Assembly: GCA_964633015.1 (NCBI GenBank)
Contig: CAZWEV010000011.1
Span: forward strand, 6,727-70,726
Origin: an uncultured Desulfobacteraceae bacterium
GTDB taxonomy: Bacteria > Desulfobacterota > DSM-4660 > Desulfatiglandales > Desulfatiglandaceae
Direction of reading: 5' to 3'
DNA: 64,000 nucleotides
In this document: positions 20,444-32,047 of the stretch, in pieces
Layout: each line of letters opens with the position of its first letter
How positions within the stretch are numbered: the first letter of the stretch is position 1
Made by a program: the position numbers and the translations under genes
The notes under the pieces: generated by a model
Database searches by the model: none
Seen by the model: only the letters and a program-made list of their open reading frames with translations
What the model was told of the DNA's origin: nothing

Positions 20444-23023
20444 TCATGCCACCACGTTGACCAGTTTTCCCCTGACCACGATCACTTTCTTGATTTCCTT
20501 TTCTCCGATGAAGCGCTGTATCCGATCGTCTGCAAGGGCAGCCCTTTCCAGTTCCTCATCCGCGAAGGAGACGGGCACCTCTATTCTGCTTCGCACCTTT
20601 CCATTTACCTGCAGGACGACCAGTTTGCTTTCGACGCTCAGCGCTTCTTCCCGGTACGAAGGCCATGAGGTCCTGAGGATGCTCGTCTGTTGCCCCAACT
20701 CTCGCCAGAGCTCTTCACAAATGTGGGGAACCACGGGTGAAAGAAGGACAATAATTGCCTCCAGCGCTTCCCGCAATATGGAAAAGGTCTGTATATTCCT
20801 GTCCCTCTCATGTGTCGCGATGAACTGGTATGCCTCATTCACCAATTCCATGACCGCCGAAATGGCCGTATTGAAATGGAAACGATCCTCCACATCGGTC
20901 GTTACCTTCTTGATGGTCTGATGAGTCTTTCTGTGCAATTTTTTCAGATCTTCGGGAAGATCACCATCTCCCTCAAAGGTCTTGATCGATTTAACGTCTT
21001 CCAGGTTGTCCACAATGAGACGCCACACACGGTTCAGAAACCGGTACGCCCCCTCCACCCCCTGGTCGCTCCACTCCAGGTCCTTTTCAGGAGGTGATGC
21101 GAACAAGCAGAACATCCGGACCGTGTCCGCCCCATAGGCATCAATCAGGGCCTGGGGATCAACAACATTTTTTTTGGATTTTGACATCTTCACGGTTTTT
21201 CCGGTAATGACCGGAGCACCGCACCGGGCGCACCGGCCGTCCTTTACTTCGTGCGGAAAGAGATACCCATGTGTTGGACATTCCTCGGTCTCCTTGCACA
21301 CCATCCCCTGGGTAAGAAGATTGGTGAAGGGTTCGCTCACATGCAAATAATCCATATCCCTCAGGACCCTCGTGTAAAACCTGGAGTAGAGCAGATGAAG
21401 AATCGCGTGTTCTATGCCGCCGATATACTGATCCACCGGCATCCAGTAGTCCACTTTCTTCCTGTCCAGAGGCCCGTCTGAATAACCGGGACACGCATAG
21501 CGGTCGAAATACCAGGAAGACTCAACGAACGTATCCATGGTATCAGTCTCTCTCCTCGCCTTTCTTCCGCACCGGGGGCAAGAGGTCCGGTAGAAAGAGG
21601 GTTCGAACGGCAAAGGAGATCCTCCATTCGGCCGCATGTCAAGATCCAGGGGAAGGACAACGGGCAGATCCCCTTCAGGGACCGGAACAACACCGCACCG
21701 GTCACAGTACAGAATCGGGATCGGGGCCCCCCAGTAACGCTGCCGGGAGATGCCCCAGTCCCTGAGCCGGTAATTTACTGTCTTGTATCCGAGACCCTTT
21801 GACTCCAGATATGCAGCAATCCCGTCTAAGGCATCAAGATTCCGCTGACCGTTGAAGGGACCGCTGTTGACCAGGATTCCCTCATTCACATATGCTTCAG
21901 TCATGTCATTTTCATCGAGATCCCCGTCCGTCGGACGGATCACGACTCTGAGCGGGAGACCATATTTTTTTGCGAACTCAAAATCACGCTGATCGTGTGT
22001 CGGGACTGCCATGATTGCACCCGTCCCGTATTCCGCAAGCACAAAATTGGCCACGTACATGGGGATCTGTTCATTTGTCATGGGATTCAGGCAGCATCTT
22101 CCGGTAAACACCCCTTCTTTCTCTGTGAAGTCAGCGGTCCGCATGTAGCTGTCCATCTTCAGAGTCTTTTCAATAAAGGCGGTGACTTCCCTTTCCTGCG
22201 CCGATCCTTTGACCAAGTCCCTCACCATGGGATGTTCAGGGGCAAAGCAGAGGAATGTCGCCCCATACAGAGTATCCTGCCGGGTAGTAAAAACCTCTAT
22301 GTCCTGCTCAAAGTCCACGAGGGGGAACCGGATGATGGCGCCAATGCTCTTCCCTATCCAATTGCGCTGCATGGTTAATACCCGGTCGGGCCATCCCGGC
22401 AGTTTTTCGCAGAATTCCAGAATCTCTTCAGCATAGTCGGTAATTTTCAAGAACCAGCTGTCCATCTCCCTGATGGCTACCTCTTCGTCCGTATGGCGCC
22501 AGCAGCAGCCGTTTTCCACCTGTTCATTCGCCAGGACACTCTGGCACTTTTCACACCAGTTGACATGGGTACGTTTCTTGTACGCAAGGCCTTTTTCATA
22601 CATTTTAAGAAAAATGAGCTGCTCCCATCGATAGTATTCGGGGTCGCACGTAGCCAGCTCACGCTCCCAGTCATAGCTGAATCCCATCCTCATGAGCTGC
22701 GCCTTCATGGCCCTGATATTTTCATAGGTCCATTTGGCCGGGTGGGTCTTGTTCTCAATCGCCGCGTTTTCAGCGGGCATGCCGAAGGCATCCCATCCCA
22801 TGGGGTGGAGAACATTCTTGCCGCGCATCCTCATGTACCGTGCAACCACGTCTCCGATCGTGTAATTTCTCACATGGCCCATATGGATCTTTCCGGAAGG
22901 ATAGGGAAACATCTCCAGGAGATAATATTTTTCCCGGTCCGGATCTTCGGACGCCTGAAACACTTTCTCACGCGCCCAGATTTCCTGCCATTTCCTTTCC
23001 ACTTTTTGGGGATGATATTTCAT
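20444..23023 (-). CDS. leuS: leucine--tRNA ligase
   Basis: 859 aa with the HIGH motif ([15 protein letters not shown]) and KMSKS (VKMSKSKKN). Confidence 0.97.
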   Translation of the reverse strand: MKYHPQKVERKWQEIWAREKVFQASEDPDREKYYLLEMFPYPSGKIHMGHVRNYTIGDVVARYMRMRGKNVLHPMGWDAFGMPAENAAIENKTHPAKWTYENIRAMKAQLMRMGFSYDWERELATCDPEYYRWEQLIFLKMYEKGLAYKKRTHVNWCEKCQSVLANEQVENGCCWRHTDEEVAIREMDSWFLKITDYAEEILEFCEKLPGWPDRVLTMQRNWIGKSIGAIIRFPLVDFEQDIEVFTTRQDTLYGATFLCFAPEHPMVRDLVKGSAQEREVTAFIEKTLKMDSYMRTADFTEKEGVFTGRCCLNPMTNEQIPMYVANFVLAEYGTGAIMAVPTHDQRDFEFAKKYGLPLRVVIRPTDGDLDENDMTEAYVNEGILVNSGPFNGQRNLDALDGIAAYLESKGLGYKTVNYRLRDWGISRQRYWGAPIPILYCDRCGVVPVPEGDLPVVLPLDLDMRPNGGSPLPFEPSFYRTSCPRCGRKARRETDTMDTFVESSWYFDRYACPGYSDGPLDRKKVDYWMPVDQYIGGIEHAILHLLYSRFYTRVLRDMDYLHVSEPFTNLLTQGMVCKETEECPTHGYLFPHEVKDGRCARCGAPVITGKTVKMSKSKKNVVDPQALIDAYGADTVRMFCLFASPPEKDLEWSDQGVEGAYRFLNRVWRLIVDNLEDVKSIKTFEGDGDLPEDLKKLHRKTHQTIKKVTTDVEDRFHFNTAISAVMELVNEAYQFIATHERDRNIQTFSILREALEAIIVLLSPVVPHICEELWRELGQQTSILRTSWPSYREEALSVESKLVVLQVNGKVRSRIEVPVSFADEELERAALADDRIQRFIGEKEIKKVIVVRGKLVNVVA

Positions 23024-23130
23024 CTTCTACCAGTCCTTCCTCTTTCAAATGCCTGTAAATCTACTCCAGCAGAGCGAGAGGCATCATGCGGCCTCTCGAG
23101 ATGGGCTCAGGGAGTGCCTTTTCTGTTTCT

Positions 23131-23697
23131 CTACACGACAACAATAGAGCACGAATGCAGATCACTGAATGCATCTTTCAGCTCCCCCGCAATATCTTTC
23201 AGGGACCCATGCAGGATGTGCGGAAATGAAAAAACCGTCTTCAGATAAAATTCGGGCTCCATTCCGGAGATTTCTTCATACGAACGCAGCAGAGTCACAC
23301 AGGCATCGCAGAAGAAAGCGGCCGGGTCCCTCCCGACTTTCTGCGGAAGGGGAATCCAGATAGCCAGATCCCGGATCCTGAGCTTCGCAAGACAATCTCC
23401 AAGCTCTCCCACACATTTGAGAAAAGTCTCCGGAGAACAGTTTTTCTTCGGGCCCAGACCCTTCAGAAGGACCTTGTCCGCCTTGACTCTTCCTTCAGAT
23501 GCCAGCAGAATCGTGCTCCCGAGGAATCCTGTAAAGAAACCTGTTTCTTCGAGAAAAGAGAGATATCCGCCCATTCGGGTGTTGAGGGAAAAAATGGTCC
23601 CCTGCGAATCAAAGGGCTCATGGAAGACCAAGGCTGCTACAGCCTCGCACCACAGGTCTTCCAGAGAAACTTCCACGAACCGTATGTCTAGTTTCAT
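23131..23697 (-). CDS. hypothetical protein
   Basis: 188-aa ORF between nusB and leuS on the same strand. No motif I can name with confidence. Confidence 0.55.
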   Translation of the reverse strand: MKLDIRFVEVSLEDLWCEAVAALVFHEPFDSQGTIFSLNTRMGGYLSFLEETGFFTGFLGSTILLASEGRVKADKVLLKGLGPKKNCSPETFLKCVGELGDCLAKLRIRDLAIWIPLPQKVGRDPAAFFCDACVTLLRSYEEISGMEPEFYLKTVFSFPHILHGSLKDIAGELKDAFSDLHSCSIVVV

Positions 23698-23700
23698 CGT

Positions 23701-23728
23701 AATAGAAACGAGGGCCGCGAAGGCCCTC
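23701..23728 (-). terminator. putative intrinsic terminator after nusB
   Basis: On the minus strand: GAGGGCC-TTCGC-GGCCCTC followed by GTTTCTATT. Confidence 0.5.
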
Positions 23729-23756
23729 GAGCGCAGAATGGTATCAGTCCTGTAAA

Positions 23757-24179
23757 TTATTGAACAGCGCCCTTTTCCTGCACCGTATTGAAAATATCAT
23801 CCAGAATTCCATTGATGAACTTTCCGGACTCGACATTACCGAATTGTTTCCCCAGTTCAACGGCTTCATCGATTGATACCTTTGGGGGAATATCCTCCCT
23901 GTAAAGGATTTCAAAAACCGCCATACGCAGAATTGAACGGTCAAGCCGGGACATCCTTTCCAGACGCCAATTCCGGGACGACTGCCTGATCATGCCGTCT
24001 ATTTCCCTCTTTTTCTCACAGGTCCCGAGGACGAGGTCCCGCGCAAAGGCACGGGCAGATTTTTTCCAGGAAAAATTATCACACACGCGATCAAAGACCG
24101 AAGCGGCCTCTTCCTGGAGAAATTCCAGGCAAAAAAGCACCTGGACAGCCAATTCGCGTGCCTTTCTTCGACTCCCCAT
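23757..24179 (-). CDS. nusB: transcription antitermination factor NusB
   Basis: MGSRRKARELAVQVLFCLEF; 140 aa. Follows ribH, as in many bacteria. Confidence 0.9.
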   Translation of the reverse strand: MGSRRKARELAVQVLFCLEFLQEEAASVFDRVCDNFSWKKSARAFARDLVLGTCEKKREIDGMIRQSSRNWRLERMSRLDRSILRMAVFEILYREDIPPKVSIDEAVELGKQFGNVESGKFINGILDDIFNTVQEKGAVQ

Positions 24180-24230
24180 GCCATGTCACCCGGGCAGACA
24201 GAACCGCACTGCACGGATCATATTCACGGT

Positions 24231-24698
24231 TCAGGCCAGCTCTCGGAAAAGATTTGCCATTTCCATGGCGGCCACTGCGGCTTCATAGCCCTTGTTGCCT
24301 GCCTTGGATCCGGCGCGTTCAATGGCCTGTTCCAAATTATCCGTGGTCAGAACACCAAAGGTTACCGGGACATTGCTTTCCAGGGCTACCGCCGCAATTC
24401 CCTTGGATACCTCCGCCGCCACGTATTCAAAATGAGGAGTGGCGCCCCTGATCACCGCTCCGAGGCAGACAACGGCATCATACTTCCCGCTCCCTGCGAC
24501 CTTTTTCGCAACAAGCGGGATTTCAAACGCTCCCGGCACCTTCAAGAGGGTGATCTCTTTCTCTTCTGCGCCGTGCCGGACAAGGGCATCTACTGCTCCG
24601 TCCACAAGTCTGGAGCTGATAAAATCATTGAACCGGCTTACAATCACGGCAAAACGCAGACCCGCTGCTGATAATTTTCCTTCGAGAACCTTCGGCAT
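24231..24698 (-). CDS. ribH: 6,7-dimethyl-8-ribityllumazine synthase
   Basis: ORF 24231..24719. Carries [10 protein letters not shown] and PGAFEIP motifs. Start set at ATG 24698, 8 nt after GGAGG. Confidence 0.9.
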   Translation of the reverse strand: MPKVLEGKLSAAGLRFAVIVSRFNDFISSRLVDGAVDALVRHGAEEKEITLLKVPGAFEIPLVAKKVAGSGKYDAVVCLGAVIRGATPHFEYVAAEVSKGIAAVALESNVPVTFGVLTTDNLEQAIERAGSKAGNKGYEAAVAAMEMANLFRELA

Positions 24699-24752
24699 GT
24701 TCGATACCTCCATGTTCACTGCATATCTGATTCAATCCCTCTGCGTGAGGAG

Positions 24753-25964
24753 TTACTTCTCTTCCCTGATCTTCATCAGGTGTCCAAGCTTCTGGCATTT
24801 GGTCAACAGGTATTTCTTGTTCTCCGGTCTCGGTTCTATTTCAATGGGGACCCTCCCGGTTACCTCAAGTCCGTACCCTTCAAGCCCGATGATTTTCTTC
24901 GGGTTATTGGTCAGCAGACGCATCTTCTTCACTCCAAGGGCCGCGAGTATCTGCGCACCAACACCGTAGTTTCGCAAATCAGCCGCAAACCCCAATTCTT
25001 CATTGGCTTCAACCGTATCAAAGCCCTTGTCCTGGAGCGCGTACGCCTTCAATTTGTTGGCAAGGCCGATGCCTCTGCCCTCCTGCTGCAGGTAGAGCAG
25101 GACTCCCAGGCCGTGGTTCTGAATCACTTCCATGGCCTTTTTGAGTTGCTCCCCGCAATCACAACGATAGGAGCCGAACACATCCCCGGTCAGGCATTCC
25201 GAATGGACGCGGACCAACACTTCCTTTTCCGGACTGATATCTCCCTTCACCAGCGCCAGATGTTCATAGTCATCGATATCATTCACAAATGCAACAGCCC
25301 TGAACTCGCCGAAAGGGGTAGGCAATACCGTCTCAGCAGCCCGGTGAACAAAGGACTCCTTTCGCATACGGTATTCGATGACATCCGCCACCGTGGCGAT
25401 CTTCATGTCGTGCTCTTCTGCAAATATCTCCAGATCCGGCAGTCTCGCCATGGTGCCATCATCTTTCATGACCTCACAGATCACTGCAGCACGTTTCAAT
25501 CCTGCGAGCCTGGCAAGATCCACGGACCCTTCTGTTTGTCCTGTCCTGAAGAGGACCCCTCCTCTCCGGGCCCTGAGGGGAAAAATATGCCCGGGTTGAA
25601 CCAGATCTTCGGGCTTGGCATTGTCCTGCACAGCCGTCAATATGGTGTGGGCCCTGTCGGCTGCTGATATGCCGGTCGTGACCCCGCACCGCGCTTCAAT
25701 GGAAACGGTGAATGCCGTATTGAATCTTGAACGATTGTCGTATACCATCAACGGAAGCTGTAATCTTTCCACAATTTCCGGATCCAGTGCAAGGCAGATC
25801 AACCCCCTCCCGAATCGTGCCATGAAGTTGATCGCTTCAGGCGTTACTTTCTCCGCCGCAATGGTCAGATCTCCCTCATTCTCCCGATCTTCATCATCGA
25901 CCAGGATAACCATCTTGCCCTGTCTCATATCTTCCAGGACTTCTTCTATTCTGGCTGTTGTCAT
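24753..25964 (-). CDS. ribBA: bifunctional 3,4-dihydroxy-2-butanone-4-phosphate synthase / GTP cyclohydrolase II
   Basis: ORF 24753..26066. Carries DDEDRENEGDL (DHBP synthase) and VRVHSECLTGDVFGSYRCDCG (GCH II). ATG 25964 follows the ribE stop by 1 nt. Confidence 0.93.
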   Translation of the reverse strand: MTTARIEEVLEDMRQGKMVILVDDEDRENEGDLTIAAEKVTPEAINFMARFGRGLICLALDPEIVERLQLPLMVYDNRSRFNTAFTVSIEARCGVTTGISAADRAHTILTAVQDNAKPEDLVQPGHIFPLRARRGGVLFRTGQTEGSVDLARLAGLKRAAVICEVMKDDGTMARLPDLEIFAEEHDMKIATVADVIEYRMRKESFVHRAAETVLPTPFGEFRAVAFVNDIDDYEHLALVKGDISPEKEVLVRVHSECLTGDVFGSYRCDCGEQLKKAMEVIQNHGLGVLLYLQQEGRGIGLANKLKAYALQDKGFDTVEANEELGFAADLRNYGVGAQILAALGVKKMRLLTNNPKKIIGLEGYGLEVTGRVPIEIEPRPENKKYLLTKCQKLGHLMKIREEK

Positions 25965-25965
25965 A

Positions 25966-26628
25966 TTATTCCCCAAACCCGTATTTCGTGAGCATCTCTC
26001 CGGTGATTCCGGAGGATGCCTCTCCCTTTTCGGGAGGTTGTTTGTGTTGAAAAAATTTCTCAACATACTTTCCGATCAGATCAACCTCGATATTGACCGA
26101 GTCACCTGTTCGTTTATTGAGAATAGTTGTTTCTCTCGAAGTTTCCGGGATGATATTTACCTCGAAAAATGTATCGCCGCATTGATTGATGGTCAGGCTG
26201 ATACCGTCTACGGCTATGGAACCCTTTTCAATCGTGTACCGCGAAAGTCTTTTTTCAATCTGCACCCTCAAAAACCAGGACCCGCCCCGCTGCTCTTTCT
26301 TGACAATCTTTCCTATGCCGTCCACGTGACCTGCCACCAGGTGGCCCCCGAGACGGTCAGAGAGGCGAAGCGCCCTCTCGAGATTTACCTCCTCTCGTTC
26401 TTTCAGGAAACTCAGAGTGCTCCGAGAGAGGGTTTCTCCAGACACGTCCACGCCGAAACCGTCGGGGTCGATTTCCGTCACCGTCAGGCAGACGCCGTTT
26501 ACGGAGATGCTCTCTCCCAACGCACGGTCGTCCATGGAGAACAGGGGCGTAACCGTCATCCTCATATCGCCTCCGCTTCGTCGGATTGACGTGACTTTTC
26601 CTTTCCCTTCTATCAAACCGGTAAACAT
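25966..26628 (-). CDS. ribE: riboflavin synthase alpha chain
   Basis: MFTGLIEGKGKV, SISVNGVCLTV and SIAVDGISLTI form the duplicated lumazine-binding repeats. Confidence 0.9.
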   Translation of the reverse strand: MFTGLIEGKGKVTSIRRSGGDMRMTVTPLFSMDDRALGESISVNGVCLTVTEIDPDGFGVDVSGETLSRSTLSFLKEREEVNLERALRLSDRLGGHLVAGHVDGIGKIVKKEQRGGSWFLRVQIEKRLSRYTIEKGSIAVDGISLTINQCGDTFFEVNIIPETSRETTILNKRTGDSVNIEVDLIGKYVEKFFQHKQPPEKGEASSGITGEMLTKYGFGE

Positions 26629-26824
26629 GACCTGCGGAACCTTTTCATTTTGATTGAGCCTCCTCCCGAGGAATGGAAGGTATCAGTGAGGAAGCGTCAT
26701 TTTTCCGTTCCGACGCCCCGCAAGATGCTTCCTCCCTGAGCAGCACGTCCTTCCGGACCCTCGATCCGCAGAACCAATCCTGCTCCTCCCCGATGGATGA
26801 GGGTTCAGCTCCAATTGATGTATC

Positions 26825-27952
26825 TCAAGAAAGGAGGGCGGTATAATCAGGATATCCCACCACCAGGATATCATCGCCGAAGCGCCTCACTCGTATGTCT
26901 CGAAGAGATACACTCTCTGCCATCATCCGCGGACCCGGTCCAGAGGCCATGGGGACACCGTCTCCTCCGCCGAGCAGCCTGGGCGCCTTGAAAATGTAAA
27001 ACTTATCCACAAGCCTCCCTCTCATCAGGGATCCGATGATGCCCGCGCCCCCTTCCACAAGAAGGGTGGTGACCATCCTCTTGCCCAGTATATCAAGGAG
27101 GAATTCCATGTCAATTCTGCCCTGCTTCGTGGGGCAGGTCACGACCGTGTTCTTTTCCTGCTCAAAATCGCGGATGGCGCTTCCCTTCACCTGGGAACCA
27201 ACCACCATCATGGTGCCGGTGGAGGATTTCTGAGTCAATACGCGTGCACTGAGCGGCGTTCTCAAGTGGGTGTCCACTACGATTCTCAAGGGGTCTTTTC
27301 CCTTACCGTGTCCCAACCGGCTGGTCAACCGGGGATCATCGGCAAGGACGGTCCCGACTCCCACCATGATCGCGTCCACGTGATTTCTCAATTGATGAAC
27401 ATATCTTCTGGAGCGGTCATTGGTAATCCATTTCGAATCTCCTCCGACAGTAGCGGTCCACCCGTCCAGCGTCTGGGCCGATTTCACCATCACAAACGGT
27501 CTCCCGGAACAAACATGCTTCACAAAGCCCTCGTTCAATTCCCGACACTCGGGCTCAAGCACGCCCAGTTTCACCTCAATATTGCGTTCGGCCAGAAATG
27601 CCACACCGTTCCCTTTCACCCGGGGGTTGGGATCTTTCATCCCGATCACCACCCTGTTTATACCGCTTGCCGCTATCGCTTCAGTGCAGGGCGGCGTTCG
27701 TCCCACATGATTGCACGGCTCAAGGGTTACGTACATGGTTGCGCCCGGGGCCTTTCCGCCCAGCCCCTTCAGGGCCTCTCTCTCCGCATGAGGGGCCCCT
27801 GCCCTCCGGTGATACCCTTTGGACAGGACCTTCCCTTCCTTCACAATAACCGCCCCAACTGCTGGGTTGGGAGCGGTGCGCCCCAGGCCCTTTCTTGCCA
27901 GGCGAATAGCCTGTCTCATGTACCGGATATCAATATTCTCCTGGAGCATCAT
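26825..27952 (-). CDS. ribD: bifunctional riboflavin biosynthesis deaminase/reductase RibD
   Basis: HAEREAL...TLEPCNHVGRTPPC deaminase Zn site plus a C-terminal reductase domain; 375 aa. Confidence 0.9.
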   Translation of the reverse strand: MMLQENIDIRYMRQAIRLARKGLGRTAPNPAVGAVIVKEGKVLSKGYHRRAGAPHAEREALKGLGGKAPGATMYVTLEPCNHVGRTPPCTEAIAASGINRVVIGMKDPNPRVKGNGVAFLAERNIEVKLGVLEPECRELNEGFVKHVCSGRPFVMVKSAQTLDGWTATVGGDSKWITNDRSRRYVHQLRNHVDAIMVGVGTVLADDPRLTSRLGHGKGKDPLRIVVDTHLRTPLSARVLTQKSSTGTMMVVGSQVKGSAIRDFEQEKNTVVTCPTKQGRIDMEFLLDILGKRMVTTLLVEGGAGIIGSLMRGRLVDKFYIFKAPRLLGGGDGVPMASGPGPRMMAESVSLRDIRVRRFGDDILVVGYPDYTALLS

Positions 27953-28051
27953 AGGATATAGAAATTTTCAGCCGAACACCCGGCATTGAGAGTCTCGTTT
28001 TGCCAAAAAACCACTGCATTGAATTTCAAATGTCCAAGCCTAAATATCAAA

Positions 28052-28522
28052 TCAATGTCCTGCCTCTTTTCTCGCTTCCAAAATCTCTTCCAGTTCGGCC
28101 ATGAATTCCTTGATATCCTTGAACTGCCGGTATACCGACGCAAACCGCACATACGCCACTTCATCCCATTCTCTGAGCCTCTGGATAACGCTCTCTCCGA
28201 TATCAGAGCAGTCGATCTCCTTCTTGCCGAGGTCCTGGAAATACAATTCAAGGCTGTCCACAAATTCCTCGATTTTCGTTACGCTGATGGGACGTTTCTG
28301 GCAGGCTTTGCGAATCCCCGCAATTATCTTTTCCCGGCTGAACGGTTCCCGTCTGCCGTCCTTCTTCACCACCATGGGAAGGACATCCTCGATCTTTTCG
28401 TAGGTAGTAAAACGCCTTCCGCACCCAATACATTCACGGCGACGCCGGATCGTCCTTCCATCCTTGCTCAATCGGGAATCAATCACCTTGTTGTTGATTT
28501 CGCTGCAATAGGGGCATTTCAT
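28052..28522 (-). CDS. nrdR: transcriptional repressor NrdR
   Basis: MKCPYCS...[12 protein letters not shown] zinc ribbon plus an ATP-cone. Confidence 0.93.
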   Translation of the reverse strand: MKCPYCSEINNKVIDSRLSKDGRTIRRRRECIGCGRRFTTYEKIEDVLPMVVKKDGRREPFSREKIIAGIRKACQKRPISVTKIEEFVDSLELYFQDLGKKEIDCSDIGESVIQRLREWDEVAYVRFASVYRQFKDIKEFMAELEEILEARKEAGH

Positions 28523-28965
28523 GAACGGAACCTCACCATCTCGATGTGCGCTTCCGTCAGCATCTGGTCGGCCAGGGGATCATCATAGCCTTCCTCATAG
28601 CACACTCGCGCGATCCCGGCATTGATAATCATTTTCGAGCAGATAACGCACGGTTTGTTGGTGCAGTAAAGGGTTGATCCGCAAATGGATATCCCGTGAT
28701 TGGCGGCTTGAATAATGGCATTCTGTTCCGCGTGCAGCCCCCTGCACAATTCATGTCGCGTCCCCGACGGAATAGCAGCATCTTTTCTCAGACAGCCCAC
28801 TTCGATACAGTGCTTCAGACCGGTGGGAGCCCCGTTATATCCTGTTGCCAATATTCTCTTGTCTTTAACGAGAATAGCCCCCACATGTCTTCGCAGACAG
28901 GTGGATCTTGTGGCAACCACTCGTGTGATGGTCATAAAATAATCATCCCAGGAAGGCCGCTCCAA
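28519..28965 (-). CDS. deoxycytidylate (dCMP) deaminase
   Basis: HAEQNAI and [12 protein letters not shown]/dCMP deaminase Zn motifs; 148 aa. ATGA overlap with nrdR. Confidence 0.85.
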   Translation of the reverse strand: MERPSWDDYFMTITRVVATRSTCLRRHVGAILVKDKRILATGYNGAPTGLKHCIEVGCLRKDAAIPSGTRHELCRGLHAEQNAIIQAANHGISICGSTLYCTNKPCVICSKMIINAGIARVCYEEGYDDPLADQMLTEAHIEMVRFRS

Positions 28966-30225
28966 TTATTTCTCCAGGCCGATTTTGCGATAGATTGGAT
29001 ATGCAGTACAGAGTTCCGAGACAACCTTGCGGGCGCTTTCCCGTACGCTTTGCGAGGTCGGATTGTCCAGTACCGTTTTTATCACGCCCGATATGGTTTT
29101 CATGGCCTCCGCGCCCATGCCCCTGGTTGTCAGGGCGGGGGATCCCAGTCTGATGCCGCTGGTTGTCTTCGGCCCCTTCTTGTCAAAGGGGATCGTATTC
29201 TTATTCACAACTATGCCAACGTCACCCAGGGCCTGCTCCGCCTCAGCCCCGGTCATATTTCTTCGGCTCAAATCAACCAGCAGCAGATGGTTATCCGTTC
29301 CCCCTGAAACCAGATCAAATCCAAGTCCCATCAGTTCCTCGGCAAGGGTTTTGGCATTGAGAACCACGTCTTTTTCATATTCCGCAAATTGAGGCGTGAG
29401 CGCCTCTCCGAAGGCAACGGCTTTCGCGGCAATGACATGCATGAGCGGGCCGCCCTGTATACCCGGAAAGACCCCCTTATTCAGCCGTTCTCCATACTGC
29501 TCTTTCGCCAGTATTATCCCACCCCGGGGGCCCCTCAAGGTTTTGTGCGTCGTGGATGTGACAAAATCAGCCGCCTCAATCGGTGAAGGATGAAGCCCCG
29601 CCGCAACCAGCCCGGCGATGTGGGCCATATCCACCAGCAAATAGGCGCCGGTTTCCCGGGCGATTGTCTGGAATGCATGAAAATCGATCAGTCTTGGGTA
29701 GGCGCTTGCCCCGGCAATGATCAACTGCGGATGGTGCCGCTTTGCCAGATCTCTCACGTGGTCATAGTCAATCCTGTGGGTCTGTGGAGAAACGCCATAG
29801 GAGAACGCTTCGAAAAGCTTCCCTGAAAAACTGACTGGGCTTCCGTGAGTGAGATGACCCCCATGGGAAAGATCCATCCCCAGAATTCGGTCCCCAGCGG
29901 AAAGAAACGTAAAATAGACCGCCATGTTGGCCTGGGATCCCGAGTGCGGCTGAACATTCGCGTATGGTGCCTGAAAGAGTCTTTTCACCCGCTCAATGGC
30001 CATCCGCTCTACCGCATCCACATAATCGCATCCGCCGTAGTACCTTGCTCCGGGATACCCTTCGGCATACTTATTGGTCAACACAGTGGCCTGCGCCTGC
30101 ATCACGGCGCGACTGGCGTAGTTCTCCGAAGCAATCAAAACGAGGCTTTCCTGCTCGCGTTTCAGTTCTCCACGGATAGCCTCGGACACTTCCCAATCCG
30201 ATATGTTCAAGCCTGTTTCTTCCAA
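28966..30225 (-). CDS. glyA: serine hydroxymethyltransferase
   Basis: 419 aa with the [15 protein letters not shown]-lysine motif. Confidence 0.97.
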   Translation of the reverse strand: MEETGLNISDWEVSEAIRGELKREQESLVLIASENYASRAVMQAQATVLTNKYAEGYPGARYYGGCDYVDAVERMAIERVKRLFQAPYANVQPHSGSQANMAVYFTFLSAGDRILGMDLSHGGHLTHGSPVSFSGKLFEAFSYGVSPQTHRIDYDHVRDLAKRHHPQLIIAGASAYPRLIDFHAFQTIARETGAYLLVDMAHIAGLVAAGLHPSPIEAADFVTSTTHKTLRGPRGGIILAKEQYGERLNKGVFPGIQGGPLMHVIAAKAVAFGEALTPQFAEYEKDVVLNAKTLAEELMGLGFDLVSGGTDNHLLLVDLSRRNMTGAEAEQALGDVGIVVNKNTIPFDKKGPKTTSGIRLGSPALTTRGMGAEAMKTISGVIKTVLDNPTSQSVRESARKVVSELCTAYPIYRKIGLEK

Positions 30226-30228
30226 ATC

Positions 30229-30660
30229 CTATTCCTCAATCAGATCTATCCGGTGCTGATGCCGCCCTCCTTCGAAAGGGGTCTTGAGGAAAAGCTCGAC
30301 CATCTCCAGGGCTATATCGACACCGATAACACGTCCTCCCATACACAGGATATTTGCGTTATTGTGGGCCCTGCTCAACCGTGCGGTATACAGATTATGG
30401 CAGACTGCGGCCCGGATACCTTTGCGGCGATTGGCCGCGATACCCATACCCAGTCCGGTACCGCAGATCAGTATACCCCTGCTGAACTCCCCGGTCGAAA
30501 CCGCCTTCGACACCTTGTGGGCTATATCCGGATAATCGGCGGAGTTGCGATTGAACACCCCGGCATCCTGCACGCCATATTCGGCCAAATCCTCAAGAAA
30601 GGATCGGCAGACCTCTTTCAGATCAAACCCCGCATGGTCAGAGCCAATAATAATATCCAT
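30229..30660 (-). CDS. rpiB: ribose-5-phosphate isomerase B
   Basis: IIIGSDHAGFDLK and ICGTGLGMGIAANR; 143 aa. Confidence 0.9.
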   Translation of the reverse strand: MDIIIGSDHAGFDLKEVCRSFLEDLAEYGVQDAGVFNRNSADYPDIAHKVSKAVSTGEFSRGILICGTGLGMGIAANRRKGIRAAVCHNLYTARLSRAHNNANILCMGGRVIGVDIALEMVELFLKTPFEGGRHQHRIDLIEE

Positions 30661-30751
30661 AAGAATCTCTTCCTTTCGATGCGTTGATCAGGTGATACTT
30701 CGCGGCATAAGGCATGATAGAGGTTGTCTGATGCACGGATGATCACGCAGA

Positions 30752-31993
30752 TCATTGATGAAAGGCTTGGAATATCAGCGAAGCATTAGTCCCGCCGAAT
30801 CCGAAGGAATTGGTCATGGCGACCTCGAGACCGGATTTTCTGGCAACATTCGGGACATAATCCAGGTCACATTCGGGGTCCGGTGTTTCATAATTGATGG
30901 TCGGAGGAATGATTCCGTGTTTCACTGTCAGGACGGTATAGATCGCCTCAAGTCCCCCGGCTCCTCCCAGCAGATGGCCCGTCATGGATTTCGTTGAACT
31001 GACTGCAAGCTTATACGCATGATCTCCGAACACGGCCTTTATGGCCTTGTTCTCTGAAAGATCATTCAATTTTGTTGATGTCCCGTGCGCATTGATATAA
31101 TCCACCTTTTCAGGCCCAATTCCCGCGTATTCCAGAGCCATTTTCATGCACGCGATAGCCCCTTCTCCATCGGGATGTGGTGCAGAGACATGGTATGCAT
31201 CTCCGCTCATTCCGTATCCGATGAGCTCGGCATACACAGGAGCTCCCCGTTCAAGTGCATGATTCAGCTCTTCCAGGATCAGTATCCCTGCGCCTTCTCC
31301 CATGATAAAGCCGTCTCTATCCAGGTCAAAAGGACGGGAGGCCTTCTCAGGCTCATCATTTCTGGTGGAAAGGGCACGCATGGAGCAAAAACCCCCGAGG
31401 GCCAGAGGAGTGACCACCGCCTCTGCCCCGCCCGTGATCATGGCATCCGCAATTCCTTCTCTCACCATGCGAAAAGACTCGCCAACGGCATGAGAGCTCG
31501 CCGCGCAGGCCGTCTCGATGGAAAGATTGGGTCCCTTGGCACCGAATTCGATTGCAATCTGGCCTGGGGCCATGTTTGCGATCATGCCGGGGATAAAAAA
31601 GGGGCTGATTTTCCGGGGGCCACGCTCCAAGAGTACCTGGTGAAAGTATTCGAGCATGGTAAGGCCACCCAGACCGGAACCGGTAATGCAGCCGACACGA
31701 TGTCCGTTTGATGCATCGATCCTCAATCCGGAGTCCTCCATTGCCATCCGGGCGGACGCCATCGCATAATGGATAAAAATATCGAACCGGCGGATCTGCT
31801 GCTTGTCGAGAAAGTCCTCGGAATTGAAACCCTTGACCTCTCCGGCGATCTGTGAAGCAAAGGGAGAGGGGTCAAACTTGGTAATCCTGCCAATTCCCGA
31901 CGTTCCGGAACACAGGGCATCCCAGTTTTTATCAATTCCGGTCCCCAGAGGCGATACCGCTCCGAGGCCTGTCACCACAACCCTTCTGGCCAT
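30752..31993 (-). CDS. fabF: beta-ketoacyl-ACP synthase II
   Basis: 413 aa with RRVVVTGLG, the active-site ACAAS, HGTST and NSFGFGGTN. Confidence 0.95.
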   Translation of the reverse strand: MARRVVVTGLGAVSPLGTGIDKNWDALCSGTSGIGRITKFDPSPFASQIAGEVKGFNSEDFLDKQQIRRFDIFIHYAMASARMAMEDSGLRIDASNGHRVGCITGSGLGGLTMLEYFHQVLLERGPRKISPFFIPGMIANMAPGQIAIEFGAKGPNLSIETACAASSHAVGESFRMVREGIADAMITGGAEAVVTPLALGGFCSMRALSTRNDEPEKASRPFDLDRDGFIMGEGAGILILEELNHALERGAPVYAELIGYGMSGDAYHVSAPHPDGEGAIACMKMALEYAGIGPEKVDYINAHGTSTKLNDLSENKAIKAVFGDHAYKLAVSSTKSMTGHLLGGAGGLEAIYTVLTVKHGIIPPTINYETPDPECDLDYVPNVARKSGLEVAMTNSFGFGGTNASLIFQAFHQ

Positions 31994-32047
31994 TACTCGC
32001 TCCTGTTGTTTCTTTGACCTCTTCCGTGTCCAATCACCGTATCCGGA

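Noticed and set aside
25615-26589. A 324-aa plus-strand ORF.
   Set aside because: It is antisense to ribBA and ribE and spans their junction, so it is a shadow frame.
26629-26824. An FMN (RFN) riboswitch in the ribD-ribE spacer.
   Set aside because: The conserved RFN blocks (GGGCGGGGUGAAAUUCC, CCGACAGU, AGUCUGGAUG) are not present on either strand by eye. The region is kept only as an unexplained structured spacer.
29845-30687. A 280-aa plus-strand ORF.
   Set aside because: It is antisense to glyA and rpiB.
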